Shown here: positions 44,368 to 54,824 of the stretch, piece by piece
How the letters are laid out: every line of letters begins with the position of its first letter
Position numbering within the stretch: the stretch's first letter is position 1
Assembly: GCA_017983955.1 (NCBI GenBank)
Contig: JAGOAJ010000008.1
Location: 24,184-88,183 of the forward strand
DNA length: 64,000 nucleotides
Reading direction: 5' to 3'
From: Burkholderiaceae bacterium
GTDB lineage: Bacteria > Pseudomonadota > Gammaproteobacteria > Burkholderiales > Burkholderiaceae_B
Translations under genes and position numbers: made by a program
The notes under the pieces: generated by a model
What the model saw: only the letters and a program-made list of their open reading frames with translations
The model's database searches: none
Told to the model about the DNA's origin: nothing

Positions 44368-45954
44368 TTATTCTGCGATGAAATATTGAGCCAGAGTATA
44401 TTCGTCAGTACGGGGGATATAGCGTATGCCTTTGCGGCTACCCCAGCTGGTCGCCTGCTGCTGTATGGGCACCACGGCTGTATCCTTCTTGATTAGCCTA
44501 ATCATATCCTTAAGCAGTTCCTCACGTTGGCCATTATCCAGGGTCTGCAAGGCCTGCCCAAGCATGTTGTCAAAGTCAGGGTTAGAGTAACGCCCCCAGT
44601 TATATGCACCCATCCCTGTGTCAGGATTATTCGTGGCAATAAGCGCGCGCATGGGCGAAGATGCTTCGGCGCTAGTGGCCCCCCAACCCAGCAAGACCAT
44701 ACTGAACTCCAGCTTGCTGGCTCGCCCTACATAGACAGAAAAAGGCATGGCTTCAACTTTGGACTGTATGCCCACTTGCGTCAGCATTTGCGCCACGGCC
44801 TGTGTGATCCTTGAGTCGTTAACAAAGCGATTATTGGGTGTATGCAGCGTCAATCCGAAACCGTCTGGGTAACCTGCTTCAGCCAGCAGCTTCTTGGCGG
44901 CAGCCGGATCGTAGTTTTCCACGGTCACATCAGCAGCATGTCCGAAAATAGATGGAGGCACCAAATTGGCCGTGGGCAGTGACAGCCCCTCCATGACACG
45001 GTCAGTAATTCCCTGGCGATTAATCGACTTGGAAATGGCCAGACGCACCTTGGGATCTTTCAACGGGTTCTTGGTTAGCGGCTTACCGGCCTTATCGGTC
45101 ACGAACGGTGAAACATCGCGATTGCTATCCAGCAGGAACATCAGCGTGCGGTGCGAAACCTTGCTGGCCACATTGAACTTGTCGTTGAGTTTGAGTTTTC
45201 CATAATCGGCTGATGGCACGTTCTCGATGGCGTCCACATCGCCTGACAACAATGCAGCCATGCGACCTGCATCGTTTGTCAGAATACGGATGGTAACTTT
45301 ATCCCATGGGGCCTTATTGCCCCAGTAATCGTCATTGCGGTTAAGCTCGACACGATCACCGCGTGCAAAGCTAGCGAACTTGAATGGGCCGGTACCCACC
45401 ATGCCCACGCCCTGATCAAAGTCAGCGCTTTTCACATCAGCAGTGGCTTTTTTGGAGACTATATAGATAGCAGTAAGATCGTTGGGTAGCAACGGATGCG
45501 GCTGCGCCGTTTGTACACGTACCCTGGTCGGGCCATCTGCGGTGGCGCTGACTATGCCCTTGGTATACGTTGTGAATGGCGCCGTACTATTGGTGAGCGT
45601 TGCTGGGCGCTGCAAAGAATAAACCACATCATCGGCGGTCAGCTCTGAGCCGTCATGGAACTTTACCCCTGGACGCAAGGTAAATTCCCACGTCGTTGGG
45701 TCTACGGTTTTCCAGGACACAGCCAGCCCGGGCTGCAGAACGGAATCAGCATCGCGTCCCACCAAGGTCTCGAACACATGTTCCATCACGTTGTTATTAG
45801 GAAAGATGTTCCCGAAGTGCGGATCCATCGACGTGATCTCGCCACTAACCGCCATTTTAAAGTCGGCAGCGTGGGCTTGCAGGCCAGCACCAAACAAAGC
45901 AACTGTAGCAAATACCAGAGAGCCTATACGCCCCTTAAGTTTTCCAATATGCAT
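44368..45954 (-). CDS. ABC transporter periplasmic binding protein, family 5 (DppA/OppA-like)
   Basis: I trimmed the start to ATG 45954 (MHIGKLKGRIGSLVFATVALFGAGLQAHA/AD signal peptide, GGAG SD). The body is typical of the SBP_bac_5 family. Confidence 0.9.
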   Translation of the reverse strand: MHIGKLKGRIGSLVFATVALFGAGLQAHAADFKMAVSGEITSMDPHFGNIFPNNNVMEHVFETLVGRDADSVLQPGLAVSWKTVDPTTWEFTLRPGVKFHDGSELTADDVVYSLQRPATLTNSTAPFTTYTKGIVSATADGPTRVRVQTAQPHPLLPNDLTAIYIVSKKATADVKSADFDQGVGMVGTGPFKFASFARGDRVELNRNDDYWGNKAPWDKVTIRILTNDAGRMAALLSGDVDAIENVPSADYGKLKLNDKFNVASKVSHRTLMFLLDSNRDVSPFVTDKAGKPLTKNPLKDPKVRLAISKSINRQGITDRVMEGLSLPTANLVPPSIFGHAADVTVENYDPAAAKKLLAEAGYPDGFGLTLHTPNNRFVNDSRITQAVAQMLTQVGIQSKVEAMPFSVYVGRASKLEFSMVLLGWGATSAEASSPMRALIATNNPDTGMGAYNWGRYSNPDFDNMLGQALQTLDNGQREELLKDMIRLIKKDTAVVPIQQQATSWGSRKGIRYIPRTDEYTLAQYFIAE

Positions 45955-46179
45955 TTTCTTGTCTCCACAAAAATATACTCCCGCGACCTTGTCGCGGTAG
46001 GGGCAAGCATATTCGGACATACGCTTTAACCTCTGGATAACGCCCTCTTATGGTCCAGACTGCAAACACTCCGGGGCTGACAGAAATTATAGGTCAGCAG
46101 CCCCACGGAACGATTGCGTGTTTCTATAACTGAAGCACTCAATAAACAACAAACAAGGCATTTTCAACCTTATAAATTA

Positions 46180-46331
46180 ATTTCATTGCGCATAAGCGAT
46201 AGGAGGTGATGAAAAACTAACGACCAAGGTATTTATAAGCACCGCCTAACCTGAAAAGCTCATTAAGGTCTCAGCCAGCGGGCACAAAACTTTCATGATG
46301 CTAAGACAGGAATTACTGTCATTTCATTGCG
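46180..46331. promoter_or_regulatory. AT-rich divergent control region with exact 11-nt direct repeat ATTTCATTGCG (46180-46190 and 46321-46331)
   Basis: I read the repeats directly. Related ATTGCG/CGCAAT cores also occur near 46112 and 46358. The region lies between the dpp-like operon and the 46448 operon. Confidence 0.35.
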
Positions 46332-46447
46332 TTTAAGGCCTGAATTCCAAGCCACAACGCAATCGTCTCTGTCGTGAAACATGCTCTAATTTTGCTAGGA
46401 CTTACCCTGATCCAATAACCGGGCACGACACACCAAGGAACGTTTAC

Positions 46448-47410
46448 ATGATCCCTTTAACCACCGCCGACTTCCAAGCAGCACGCGCGATTGCCGACCC
46501 CTATATTCATCGCACCCCCATTATTCCCAGCTCCACCTTAAGCGAACTAACGGGCGCCAACGTATTGCTTAAAGCAGAACTATTTCAGCGCACCGGTTCG
46601 TACAAAATTCGCGGCCCTCTGAATGTACTCTCGAAAATGTCGGCAGCGGACAAAGCCAAAGGGATAATCTGTTCATCGGCAGGCAACCACGCCCAAGGCG
46701 TAGCCTACGCCGCTAGGGTGCATGGCATACCCGCCACCGTCGTCATGTCGGTGAATGCGCCCGCCGCGAAGGTCAACGCCACGCGCGGCTATGGCGCCAC
46801 GGTGATTCAGTACGGCGAAATCTGGGACGACGCCTACGCAAAGTCACTAGAAATCCAACAGGAACAGGGGCTGACTTATATACACCCCTTCGACAACCCT
46901 CAACTGATAGCAGGCCAAGGCACTGTTGGCCTGGAAATTATCGAGGACGTCCCAGATGTGGACTACGTAATAGTTCCTATAGGCGGCGGCGGACTGATTT
47001 CGGGAGTCTCCATGGCCATCAAGGCGGCCAATCCCAATGTCAAGATCATAGGCGTGGAGTCCACCGGTGCTCCATCCATGTCGCGTTCGGTCCAAGCAGG
47101 CAAGCGCATACAGCTGGACGAAGTGACCTCAACCGTTGATGGTCTGGTTGTACGCCAGGTTGGGGAAAATAACTTGTGGGCGGTACAGCGCTATGTTGAT
47201 GACATCGTATTAGTCGACGATGTGGATATCTTCAAAACAGTTACCTGGATCATGGAACGCTGTAAGCTAGTCGCTGAAGGGGCTGCGGCAGCCACTGTCT
47301 GCGCCTTACTGACCGGAAAAGTACGCATACCTGCTGGCAAAAAGGTGGTCTGCGTACTTAGCGGGGGCAACCTCAAGGTCGATCAGATACATAACTTGAA
47401 GTGGAACTGA
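46448..47410 (+). CDS. PLP-dependent threonine/serine dehydratase family (serine-racemase / EutB-like)
   Basis: 320 aa with the PLP-Lys motif GSYKIRGP, SSAGNHAQGVAYAA and GGGGLISG. Confidence 0.88.
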   Translation: MIPLTTADFQAARAIADPYIHRTPIIPSSTLSELTGANVLLKAELFQRTGSYKIRGPLNVLSKMSAADKAKGIICSSAGNHAQGVAYAARVHGIPATVVMSVNAPAAKVNATRGYGATVIQYGEIWDDAYAKSLEIQQEQGLTYIHPFDNPQLIAGQGTVGLEIIEDVPDVDYVIVPIGGGGLISGVSMAIKAANPNVKIIGVESTGAPSMSRSVQAGKRIQLDEVTSTVDGLVVRQVGENNLWAVQRYVDDIVLVDDVDIFKTVTWIMERCKLVAEGAAAATVCALLTGKVRIPAGKKVVCVLSGGNLKVDQIHNLKWN

Positions 47411-47430
47411 TTTAAAGCAAGGAACCAGCC

Positions 47431-48444
47431 ATGACAGCGTTGAACGACCAAAAGTCGCAAATCACTACCGATATAGATTACGACAAAGAAGGCATACAGA
47501 CGGGAAGCTTACGTGTTCCCTACTCCCACGATAGGGACGCTTATGGATATATTCCCATACCCCTGATGGTCGCTAAACGCGGTGATGGTCCAACAGTAGT
47601 ACTGACCGGCGCCAATCATGGCGACGAGTACGAAGGATCTGTCGCGTTAATGCACTTGATGCATACGCTTGAGTTGGACCGCTTACAGGGTCGGCTCATC
47701 ATCATCCCCGGGCTTAACTTCCCGGCATATCTGAATGGCACGCGTACCTCGCCGCTAGACAAAGGCAACCTGAATCGCCTCTTCCCCGGGGACCCCAACG
47801 GCACGCCGACTCAGATGATTGCCCACTATGTGCAGAATGAGCTCATGCCACGCGCCGACTACCTGCTGGATTTTCACGCTGGTGGCACCACCATGGACTA
47901 TTTGCCCTTGCTGTTTGTGGGCCGCCCCAAAGACGCCCACCAAGAGGAGCAAACCGAAATGCTGATCAAGGCGTTCGGTGCGCCCAGGGTTATGTATATG
48001 GAGTCCATGGAAAGCGAACTCATGATAGGTTCGGCCGCGCGCAAGCATAATGTCTTTTTTGCCACTGGCGAATTTGGCGGCTGCGGTGCCGTCAATCCCG
48101 ACGGCGTAGACATCATAGATGCGGGCATCGCCGGCCTGCTGGACCAGTTAGGCGTATTGCCATTGGAAACGCCGCGACAGACCGCCGCCCCATCCAAGCG
48201 TTACTCATTCCGGCCCGAACACTACGTTTTTGCGCCGGTACCAGGCATTTTTGAGCCTGCCTACCGCATAGGCGACTGGATAGAAGCGGGTCAGCTTGCA
48301 GGCACGATCTATGATCCATATCGCCCCTGGAATAAACCCGAATTGGTGTATTTCCAGGCCAGCGGCCTGGCTGTCATGAAACGCATGCTGGCCCGAATTG
48401 ACGCCGGCGATTGTCTTGGCCATCTTGCACACGAAGAGACCTGA
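47431..48444 (+). CDS. Succinylglutamate desuccinylase/aspartoacylase-family Zn deacylase (DoeB/EutE-like)
   Basis: 337 aa. It has DIDYDKEG.QTG.LRVPYS...AYGYIPIP, GANHGDEYEG, NRLFPG and DFHAGG. Confidence 0.82.
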   Translation: MTALNDQKSQITTDIDYDKEGIQTGSLRVPYSHDRDAYGYIPIPLMVAKRGDGPTVVLTGANHGDEYEGSVALMHLMHTLELDRLQGRLIIIPGLNFPAYLNGTRTSPLDKGNLNRLFPGDPNGTPTQMIAHYVQNELMPRADYLLDFHAGGTTMDYLPLLFVGRPKDAHQEEQTEMLIKAFGAPRVMYMESMESELMIGSAARKHNVFFATGEFGGCGAVNPDGVDIIDAGIAGLLDQLGVLPLETPRQTAAPSKRYSFRPEHYVFAPVPGIFEPAYRIGDWIEAGQLAGTIYDPYRPWNKPELVYFQASGLAVMKRMLARIDAGDCLGHLAHEET

Positions 48445-48446
48445 AT

Positions 48447-49622
48447 ATGTACGCCGCCCTGCCTACTCCCCACGCCCGCCCGCTGGTCAGCAGCTTACGA
48501 TCCTCCAAGATACGCGAAGTAGCCAACTTAGGCATGGGCATGAAGAACGTACTGCCCTTCTGGTTTGGCGAACCCGACGAACCCACCCCAGAGTTCATAC
48601 GCGAGGCGGCGATCCAAGCCTTGCGCGAAGGCCAGACATTTTATGTGCAAACGCATGGCCTGCCGCAACTGCGCACTAGCCTGGCAACGTATCTTAGCGG
48701 CTTACACGCCACCGACATCAGCGCACAACGCATTGCCATCGCCAGTTCCGGCACCAGCGCACTGATGATAGCCATCCAAGCCGTCGTAGGGCCAGGCGAC
48801 CATGTCGTCGCCGTTACCCCGCTATGGCCTAATCTGGTTGAGATGCCCAAATTGCTAGGCGCTACTGTTCAAACAGTTGGACTGGTCTACGAAGGTGGCT
48901 GGGCGCTGGATATCCAGCAGTTGCTGGATGCATTGAAACCCGGCACCCGAGCCCTGTTGGTCAATTCGCCGAATAACCCTACAGGCTGGGCCCTGACGCG
49001 CGAACAGCAGCAAATCATTCTGGACCATTGCCGCAAACACGGTATTTGGATTATTGCCGATGACGTCTACGAACGCCTTTATTTCGATACGCGCTGCGCC
49101 CCATCATTCCTGCAAATTGCTGATGAAAATGACCTGCTGATTAGTTGCAATTCATTTTCCAAGGCCTGGCGCATGACGGGATGGCGACTGGGCTGGATGG
49201 TCGCGCCAGCGTCATTGCACGAAGATATAGGCAAGCTGATTGAATACAACATCACCTGCGCCCCCACGTTTACTCAATATGCAGCAGTAGCGGCAATAGA
49301 ACACGGCGAGGACGAAATCAGCCGTAGCCAGCAACGCTTCAAAATAGCTCGGGATCGGTTAATTGCCGGTTTGCAAACTCTACCAGGCGTGCAGGTTCCT
49401 ACCCCTCCTGCTGGCGCTATGTACCTATTGTTCAGCGTGCCTGGTGCTAATAACAGCCTAGAATTCTGCAAACATCTGCTCGTCACGGAAGGCCTGGGCC
49501 TAGCACCGGGAATAGCCTTTGGTGAATCCGCCGAAGGCTACTTACGATGGTGTTTTGCCAGCAGCCTGGAACGCATAGATCAAGGTGTAGAAAGGCTGGC
49601 CAAGGCACTAGGACGGCCTTAA
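48447..49622 (+). CDS. Class I/II (aspartate-type) PLP aminotransferase
   Basis: I set the start at ATG 48447 (MYAALP...), 2 nt after the upstream stop. It has NSPNNPTG and the PLP-Lys motif SFSKAWRMTGWRLGW. Confidence 0.9.
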   Translation: MYAALPTPHARPLVSSLRSSKIREVANLGMGMKNVLPFWFGEPDEPTPEFIREAAIQALREGQTFYVQTHGLPQLRTSLATYLSGLHATDISAQRIAIASSGTSALMIAIQAVVGPGDHVVAVTPLWPNLVEMPKLLGATVQTVGLVYEGGWALDIQQLLDALKPGTRALLVNSPNNPTGWALTREQQQIILDHCRKHGIWIIADDVYERLYFDTRCAPSFLQIADENDLLISCNSFSKAWRMTGWRLGWMVAPASLHEDIGKLIEYNITCAPTFTQYAAVAAIEHGEDEISRSQQRFKIARDRLIAGLQTLPGVQVPTPPAGAMYLLFSVPGANNSLEFCKHLLVTEGLGLAPGIAFGESAEGYLRWCFASSLERIDQGVERLAKALGRP

Positions 49623-49639
49623 TAAAAATCACCGGCTGC

Positions 49640-50398
49640 TTAAGGCTGACTTACCTGCGTCAACCCCACATCCCCCACCAACCCCAAAAACTGCTGCAGC
49701 TCTGGCGTACGGGGGTTGGCAAAAATGTCGTCGGGCCGGCCCATTTCATGGACCATGCCCTTGTGCATGAAAACCACGCGATCGCAGACTTTTTGCGCAA
49801 AGCGCATTTCATGCGTCACCATAAGCAAGGTCATGCCATCGGCGGCCAGTTCCCCGACAACAGCTAATACTTCGTTGACCAGCTCTGGATCCAGGGCCGA
49901 GGTAATTTCGTCGCATAGCAAGGTTTCAGGCTGCATGGCCAGGGCTCGGGCAATGGCAACGCGCTGCTGCTGGCCACCGGAGAGCTCGTCCGGCCAAGCA
50001 TCAAATTTTTCAGCCAAGCCTACCCGCTCCATCATGCGACGAGCCAATGGTTCCGCCTCGCGCTCGGGCATGTTTTTGACGACCATGGGTGACAGCATGA
50101 CATTGCGGCCTGCGCTGTAATGGGGGAACAGGTTGAACTGTTGAAAGATCATGCCCGCTTTCAGCCTAAGCGCGCGCAGTTGTGCCTCGCCGGTAGATAC
50201 CTGTATACCTGCCACGGTGATGGAACCGCCATCTATGGTTTCAAGCCCGTTAATACAGCGTAATAGCGTGCTTTTCCCTGAGCCGCTTTTGCCTATGATG
50301 GCGACGACTTCGCCTGGCTCTACGCTAAGCGTAATGCCTTTAAGGACTTCGTTGTCACCGAAGTGCTTCCTGAGATTATCAATGACGATGAGCGGCAT
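49640..50398 (-). CDS. Polar amino-acid ABC transporter ATP-binding protein
   Basis: I trimmed the start to ATG 50398 (MPLIVIDNLRKHFG). It has GKSGSGKST, LSGGQQQRVAIARAL and LLCDEITSALD. Confidence 0.92.
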   Translation of the reverse strand: MPLIVIDNLRKHFGDNEVLKGITLSVEPGEVVAIIGKSGSGKSTLLRCINGLETIDGGSITVAGIQVSTGEAQLRALRLKAGMIFQQFNLFPHYSAGRNVMLSPMVVKNMPEREAEPLARRMMERVGLAEKFDAWPDELSGGQQQRVAIARALAMQPETLLCDEITSALDPELVNEVLAVVGELAADGMTLLMVTHEMRFAQKVCDRVVFMHKGMVHEMGRPDDIFANPRTPELQQFLGLVGDVGLTQVSQP

Positions 50399-51035
50399 GA
50401 AAGCTTTTTTCCAGAAATCGGCTGTAGCGCGACAAAGGCCAGCACAGCGCAAAGTAGATTAAGGCCGTGAACCCATAAACGGTAAAGGGTTCAAAGGTAG
50501 CGTTAGTGATCATGGTGCTGGCTTTAAGTACTTCGACAAAACCGATAATGGACGCCAGCGCGGTGCCTTTGATGATTTGAACGGAAAACCCGACCGTGGG
50601 CGGGATAGCAATACGCAGCGCCTGTGGCAATACCACATAGCGCATTTGCTGCAAATAGCCCATGGCTAGTCCCGAAGACGCTTCCCATTGTCCTTTTGGC
50701 ACGGATTCCACGCAGCCCCGCCAGATTTCCGCCAAAAAGGCGGCCGACCAGAAGGTCAGTGCAAGCACTGCCGCCAGCCAAGCGGAAATTTCCATGCCGC
50801 CCAACGACAACCCGAAAAACATCAGAAACAACTGCATCAGCAAGGGAGTGCCCTGGAATAATTCGATATACGCCCAGCTAATGCGACGCATCCAAGCTAT
50901 CTTCGAGGTGCGTAGCAACAGGACGATTAGACCGACTACACCGCCGCCTATGAACGCCACCAGCGACAAGGCCACGGTCCAACGTGCTGCCAACAGCAAG
51001 TTGCGCAGTATGTCCCAGAGCGAAAAATCCATCAT
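50379..51035 (-). CDS. Polar amino-acid ABC transporter permease (HisM/GlnP-like)
   Basis: 218 aa with 5 TM helices. It has the EAA loop EASSGLAMGYLQQMRYVVLPQALR. Confidence 0.88.
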   Translation of the reverse strand: MMDFSLWDILRNLLLAARWTVALSLVAFIGGGVVGLIVLLLRTSKIAWMRRISWAYIELFQGTPLLMQLFLMFFGLSLGGMEISAWLAAVLALTFWSAAFLAEIWRGCVESVPKGQWEASSGLAMGYLQQMRYVVLPQALRIAIPPTVGFSVQIIKGTALASIIGFVEVLKASTMITNATFEPFTVYGFTALIYFALCWPLSRYSRFLEKSFHAAHRH

Positions 51036-51703
51036 CAGTGCGCCCTCCGGGTAAACAACCAGGCGCCAATAACACGCAGCACCTGACGCAGCAATATGGC
51101 CAGCACCAGATAAATGCCGGTAGTCACAAAATACACTTCGAAGGCACGAAAGTTACGGGACTGGATAAAGTTGGCAGCAAAGGTTAGTTCGTCCGCAGCC
51201 ACCTGTGAGCACACGGCAGATCCCAGCATGACCAGTATGACTTGAGAGGACAGGGCCGGCCATACGCGCCGCAACGCCGGCTTAAGGACGATATAACGAA
51301 ACACCTGCAACTGCGTCATCGCCAGGCTAACACTGGCCTCATATTGACCGCGTGGCGTGGCCTGGATACCGGCGCGGATGATCTCGGCGCTATAGGCACC
51401 CAGATTGATTACCATAGCCAACGTTGATGCTTCCATGGCGGTTAGCTTGATGCCGGCTGATGGCAGACCAAAGAAAATAAAGAACAACTGGATCAAGAAC
51501 GGTGTGTTGCGTATCACTTCAATATACGCAACCACCGGAGCCCGAATCGTTTTTGACGCGAATACGCAGGCCCAGGCACACGCAATACCCAGCGCTATTC
51601 CCAAACCCGCCCCAACAACAATAAGCTGTGTGGTAACGATAATGCCCTTGATCAGGACGGGGGTGTAATCAAATATGCTGGTGAAGTCGAATTGGTAAGC
51701 CAT
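51035..51703 (-). CDS. Polar amino-acid ABC transporter permease (HisQ-like)
   Basis: 222 aa with IRNTPFLIQLFFIFFGLP and EASVSLAMTQLQVFRYIVLKPAL. Confidence 0.88.
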   Translation of the reverse strand: MAYQFDFTSIFDYTPVLIKGIIVTTQLIVVGAGLGIALGIACAWACVFASKTIRAPVVAYIEVIRNTPFLIQLFFIFFGLPSAGIKLTAMEASTLAMVINLGAYSAEIIRAGIQATPRGQYEASVSLAMTQLQVFRYIVLKPALRRVWPALSSQVILVMLGSAVCSQVAADELTFAANFIQSRNFRAFEVYFVTTGIYLVLAILLRQVLRVIGAWLFTRRAH

Positions 51704-51720
51704 GTTCCCAATCCGGTTCG

Positions 51721-52503
51721 TTATAGACCAGTTGGCAGATCAGCCCCCAGCCACTTTTTGGAAATAGCATTAAGAGAACCATCTTTTTTTGCTGCCACCA
51801 GAATTTCATTAACCTGTGCGCGCAATTCAGGTTCGTTTTTATTCAAGCCTATGTAGCATGGCGAATTCTTGATCAGAAACTTAGTTTCCGGCTTTTTGGG
51901 TGGGTTCCTGGCAAGGATGGCGGCAGCGACAACGTTGCCAGTGGCGATCAACTGGACCTGGCCCGACAAGAAGGCCGAGATCGTGCCGTTATTATCTTCG
52001 TAGCGATTGACGGTGGCTGAAGCTGGCACTATTTTGCTAAGCTCAATATCTTCCACCGCGCCGCGCGTGACGCCTATGGTTTTGCCAGCCAGGTCGGCTG
52101 CATTCTTAATTTCAATATCTGGCGGCCCAAACACACCATTAAAAAATGGCGCATAGGCATCGGTAAAGTCTATGGCTTTTTCACGCTCGGCGTTCTTGCC
52201 CATGCTGGAGATAATCAGGTCAGCCTTCTTGGTTTGCAGATAGGGGACTCGATTAGTACTGGTAACGGGTATCAGCTCCAGTTTGACTCCCAGCTTGTCG
52301 GCGATAAGCTGAGCTGTGTCGATGTCGTAACCCACGGGCTTAAGGTCTGTACCAACTGATCCAAAAGGTGCAAAGTCCTGCGGCACAGCAACTTTAAGCA
52401 CCCCCGCCTTCTTGATGTCATCCAAGGTGTTGGCGCTGCCAAGCGAAGGAATACTTAATACGGAGGCAGCGGCCATGGCCAGCAACAATTTCCTGCGATT
52501 CAT
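51721..52503 (-). CDS. Polar amino-acid ABC transporter periplasmic binding protein (family 3)
   Basis: 260 aa with a signal peptide. It has LKVAVPQDFAPFG...GYDID.A..IA..LGVK and IISSMGKN.ER. Confidence 0.9.
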   Translation of the reverse strand: MNRRKLLLAMAAASVLSIPSLGSANTLDDIKKAGVLKVAVPQDFAPFGSVGTDLKPVGYDIDTAQLIADKLGVKLELIPVTSTNRVPYLQTKKADLIISSMGKNAEREKAIDFTDAYAPFFNGVFGPPDIEIKNAADLAGKTIGVTRGAVEDIELSKIVPASATVNRYEDNNGTISAFLSGQVQLIATGNVVAAAILARNPPKKPETKFLIKNSPCYIGLNKNEPELRAQVNEILVAAKKDGSLNAISKKWLGADLPTGL

Positions 52504-52618
52504 CGTTATTCTCCTTCAAGGACCTACGCAACGGCCGGGTAACCATATAGATAGAGCGTGAAAGAGAACACTATAGGCAGCTTTCGCCGCCGTCAACCGC
52601 GTATATGCCCTAGGTGAC

Positions 52619-53908
52619 CTATATGCTGCTGTCCGTCATTGAACGCTTGGAGGTTTCTGGCAGGAAAATCGCCACCACCAAAACCAACAAGGAAATAACG
52701 GCCATGTAGGCGGCGGGCGCAATTTTTGATTCTGTCACCATGACCAGATAGGTACCTACAAAAGGCGCGGTTCCACCAAAAATCGTGTATGCCAAGTTAT
52801 AGCTGATGGCCGATCCGCTGAACCGAGTCTTGGTAGGAAACAACTCTAATAGCGTTATACCCAGCGGTCCCGAAAACATACCCATACCAATCGCCAGCAT
52901 GGATTGCGCCAGTATGGCGTTGGGCAAATTGCCATTTGATGCCAGCATATACGCAGGAATACTGATGCATGCATTAAAGACCAGACCAGCAATCAAGACT
53001 GGCTTGCGCCCAACCTTATCAGATAGATGTCCACTGAATACCATGGCAGCAAACGCAACCAGCATGGCGACGCCGTTGGAAATCAGTGCATCATTGCGAC
53101 TCATGCCCACTGTCACGGTCAAATAGGTCACGAAATAGCCCGCCAGCGTATAGAAAGCCAGGCTAGAGAATGCCGCCAGGGCAAAGCTAAATCCCATGGC
53201 CTTTTTCTGTTCGCGTATCGCATCCTGAACGGGCGCCTTGGATATTTCCTGTTTGCTTTTGGCCTGTTCGAAAGCCGGTGACTCATCAACCTTGCTACGG
53301 ATATACAACCCGACCAGCGCTAGTGGACCGCTGATCAAGAACGGTATGCGCCAGCCCCAGCTATCGTAAGCATCATTACCCATTAAGTTGACCAGGAACA
53401 GAATAATCAGCGCAGCAGCCACTGGCGGCAAGTTCGCAAACGCATAGGTAAACGCAACATGCAAGCCTCGCCGCGCAGAAGGCGCATGTTCAGCCACGAA
53501 TGAATTCGATCCTATGGTTTCGCCCGCTGCCGACAACCCTTGCAATAACCGCAAAACCACCAGCAACACAGGCGCCCAGATACCTATCTGAGCATAAGTG
53601 GGTAGTAGCCCGATACCTACAGTTGCTGCCCCCATCAGCAAGATAATAAATGCCAGTATCGCCTTGCGACCATAGCGATCGCCCAAGCTACCAAATAAGA
53701 AGCCGCCCAGGGGGCGCATCACGAAACCCACGCCATACACCGCAAACGTTGACAGCAGTGCTGCGCTGGGATCGGAACCAGGGAAAAAATGCTTGGCAAT
53801 GACGGTCGCTGAATAGGCATAGATAACAAAGTCATACCACTCAACGAACTGCCCCAATGCTGCAGAGTACAAAACTCGCTTGCCCGACTTGGACTGATGT
53901 TTAGTCAT
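52619..53908 (-). CDS. MFS transporter, metabolite:H+ symporter (MHS) family
   Basis: I trimmed the start to ATG 53908 (MTKHQSK...). It has the MHS hallmark FVEWYDF.IY and GDRYGRK, with 12 TM helices. Confidence 0.88.
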   Translation of the reverse strand: MTKHQSKSGKRVLYSAALGQFVEWYDFVIYAYSATVIAKHFFPGSDPSAALLSTFAVYGVGFVMRPLGGFLFGSLGDRYGRKAILAFIILLMGAATVGIGLLPTYAQIGIWAPVLLVVLRLLQGLSAAGETIGSNSFVAEHAPSARRGLHVAFTYAFANLPPVAAALIILFLVNLMGNDAYDSWGWRIPFLISGPLALVGLYIRSKVDESPAFEQAKSKQEISKAPVQDAIREQKKAMGFSFALAAFSSLAFYTLAGYFVTYLTVTVGMSRNDALISNGVAMLVAFAAMVFSGHLSDKVGRKPVLIAGLVFNACISIPAYMLASNGNLPNAILAQSMLAIGMGMFSGPLGITLLELFPTKTRFSGSAISYNLAYTIFGGTAPFVGTYLVMVTESKIAPAAYMAVISLLVLVVAIFLPETSKRSMTDSSI

Positions 53909-54726
53909 TATTCTTCTCCTTTTTTCCAAGCTGCTATCGCGTAACGCCTATGCTCCAAGCACGGCAAGTGTTTCCTGACTTCGGCCAGCCTATGCATGCC
54001 AATTTCCGCTGTGACTACACCGGTTTGTTCCGCCATTCCTGCAACCACCAGGCCACTAGGGTCGATCAGCATGCTCATGCCGACCGATGTAGGTGGTGGC
54101 TGGCACGACGCCACGGCAAAACAGGTGTTCTCGATCGCCCTGGCCTTTAACAAGGTTTCCCAGTGCATTTCTTTGAGTGACCCAGCTATCCAGCCGGCAC
54201 TGTAAACCAAGACATCAGCCCCTTTATCTACGGCGATACGCGAGATCTCGGGAAAGCGCAGGTCATAGCAGTTCAGAATGCCGAATTGGATGCCATCAAT
54301 CGCGGCGACATACACTTCCGCATGCTCCGCCAGCAAATCACCGGGTTTATTTTTCTCGGACTCGACAAAGCTGAAGGCGTCATAGAGGTGTATTTTCTCG
54401 TAGCGGCCTTGTACAACGCCAACATCGTCGATATGCAAAATGGTGTTCTTGGTCCGCATATCGTCATACGGCTCATAAATACCAATAAACACATGGATGG
54501 CATGCCGTAGCGCTTCGTCGCAGACCGCTTGGACGAAGGGGGCTGTACTGTCGCGCGTAATGGCGACCAGCTCCTGACCCGAGGTCTCGTAGGCGATCAT
54601 GCTGGCTTCCGGGAAAACAATCAGCCGCGCGCCACTTTCGGCGGCATCGCTAATATGGCGCTTGATTACCTCCAGATTGTCTGGGATGCTGGCTGTACTC
54701 TTGAACTGTGATATTGAAACTTTCAT
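53908..54726 (-). CDS. Carbon-nitrogen hydrolase (nitrilase superfamily; omega-amidase/Nit-like)
   Basis: 272 aa with the catalytic triad context VFPE (Glu), a Lys, and NCYDLRFPE (Cys). Confidence 0.88.
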   Translation of the reverse strand: MKVSISQFKSTASIPDNLEVIKRHISDAAESGARLIVFPEASMIAYETSGQELVAITRDSTAPFVQAVCDEALRHAIHVFIGIYEPYDDMRTKNTILHIDDVGVVQGRYEKIHLYDAFSFVESEKNKPGDLLAEHAEVYVAAIDGIQFGILNCYDLRFPEISRIAVDKGADVLVYSAGWIAGSLKEMHWETLLKARAIENTCFAVASCQPPPTSVGMSMLIDPSGLVVAGMAEQTGVVTAEIGMHRLAEVRKHLPCLEHRRYAIAAWKKGEE

Positions 54727-54824
54727 GTCTCGTTTCTTATGGCTTTAAAAGCAGCCATGTTATTTTTTGAAGAGCTATGCTGTCCAATACCATTTGCCGC
54801 CTGATTGATATAATTATTTGATCA

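Noticed and set aside
43851-44381. A 176-aa plus-strand ORF
   Set aside because: It is antisense to the well-supported Lrp/AsnC gene, and its translation has no recognisable family features.
43833-49622. Calling this region a complete ectoine/hydroxyectoine (doe/eut) degradation cluster
   Set aside because: The ectoine hydrolase (DoeA/EutD) is absent from the window. The aminotransferase is class I/II rather than the class-III DABA transaminase, and the transporter is Dpp-type. Only partial resemblance remains, which I report as a finding.
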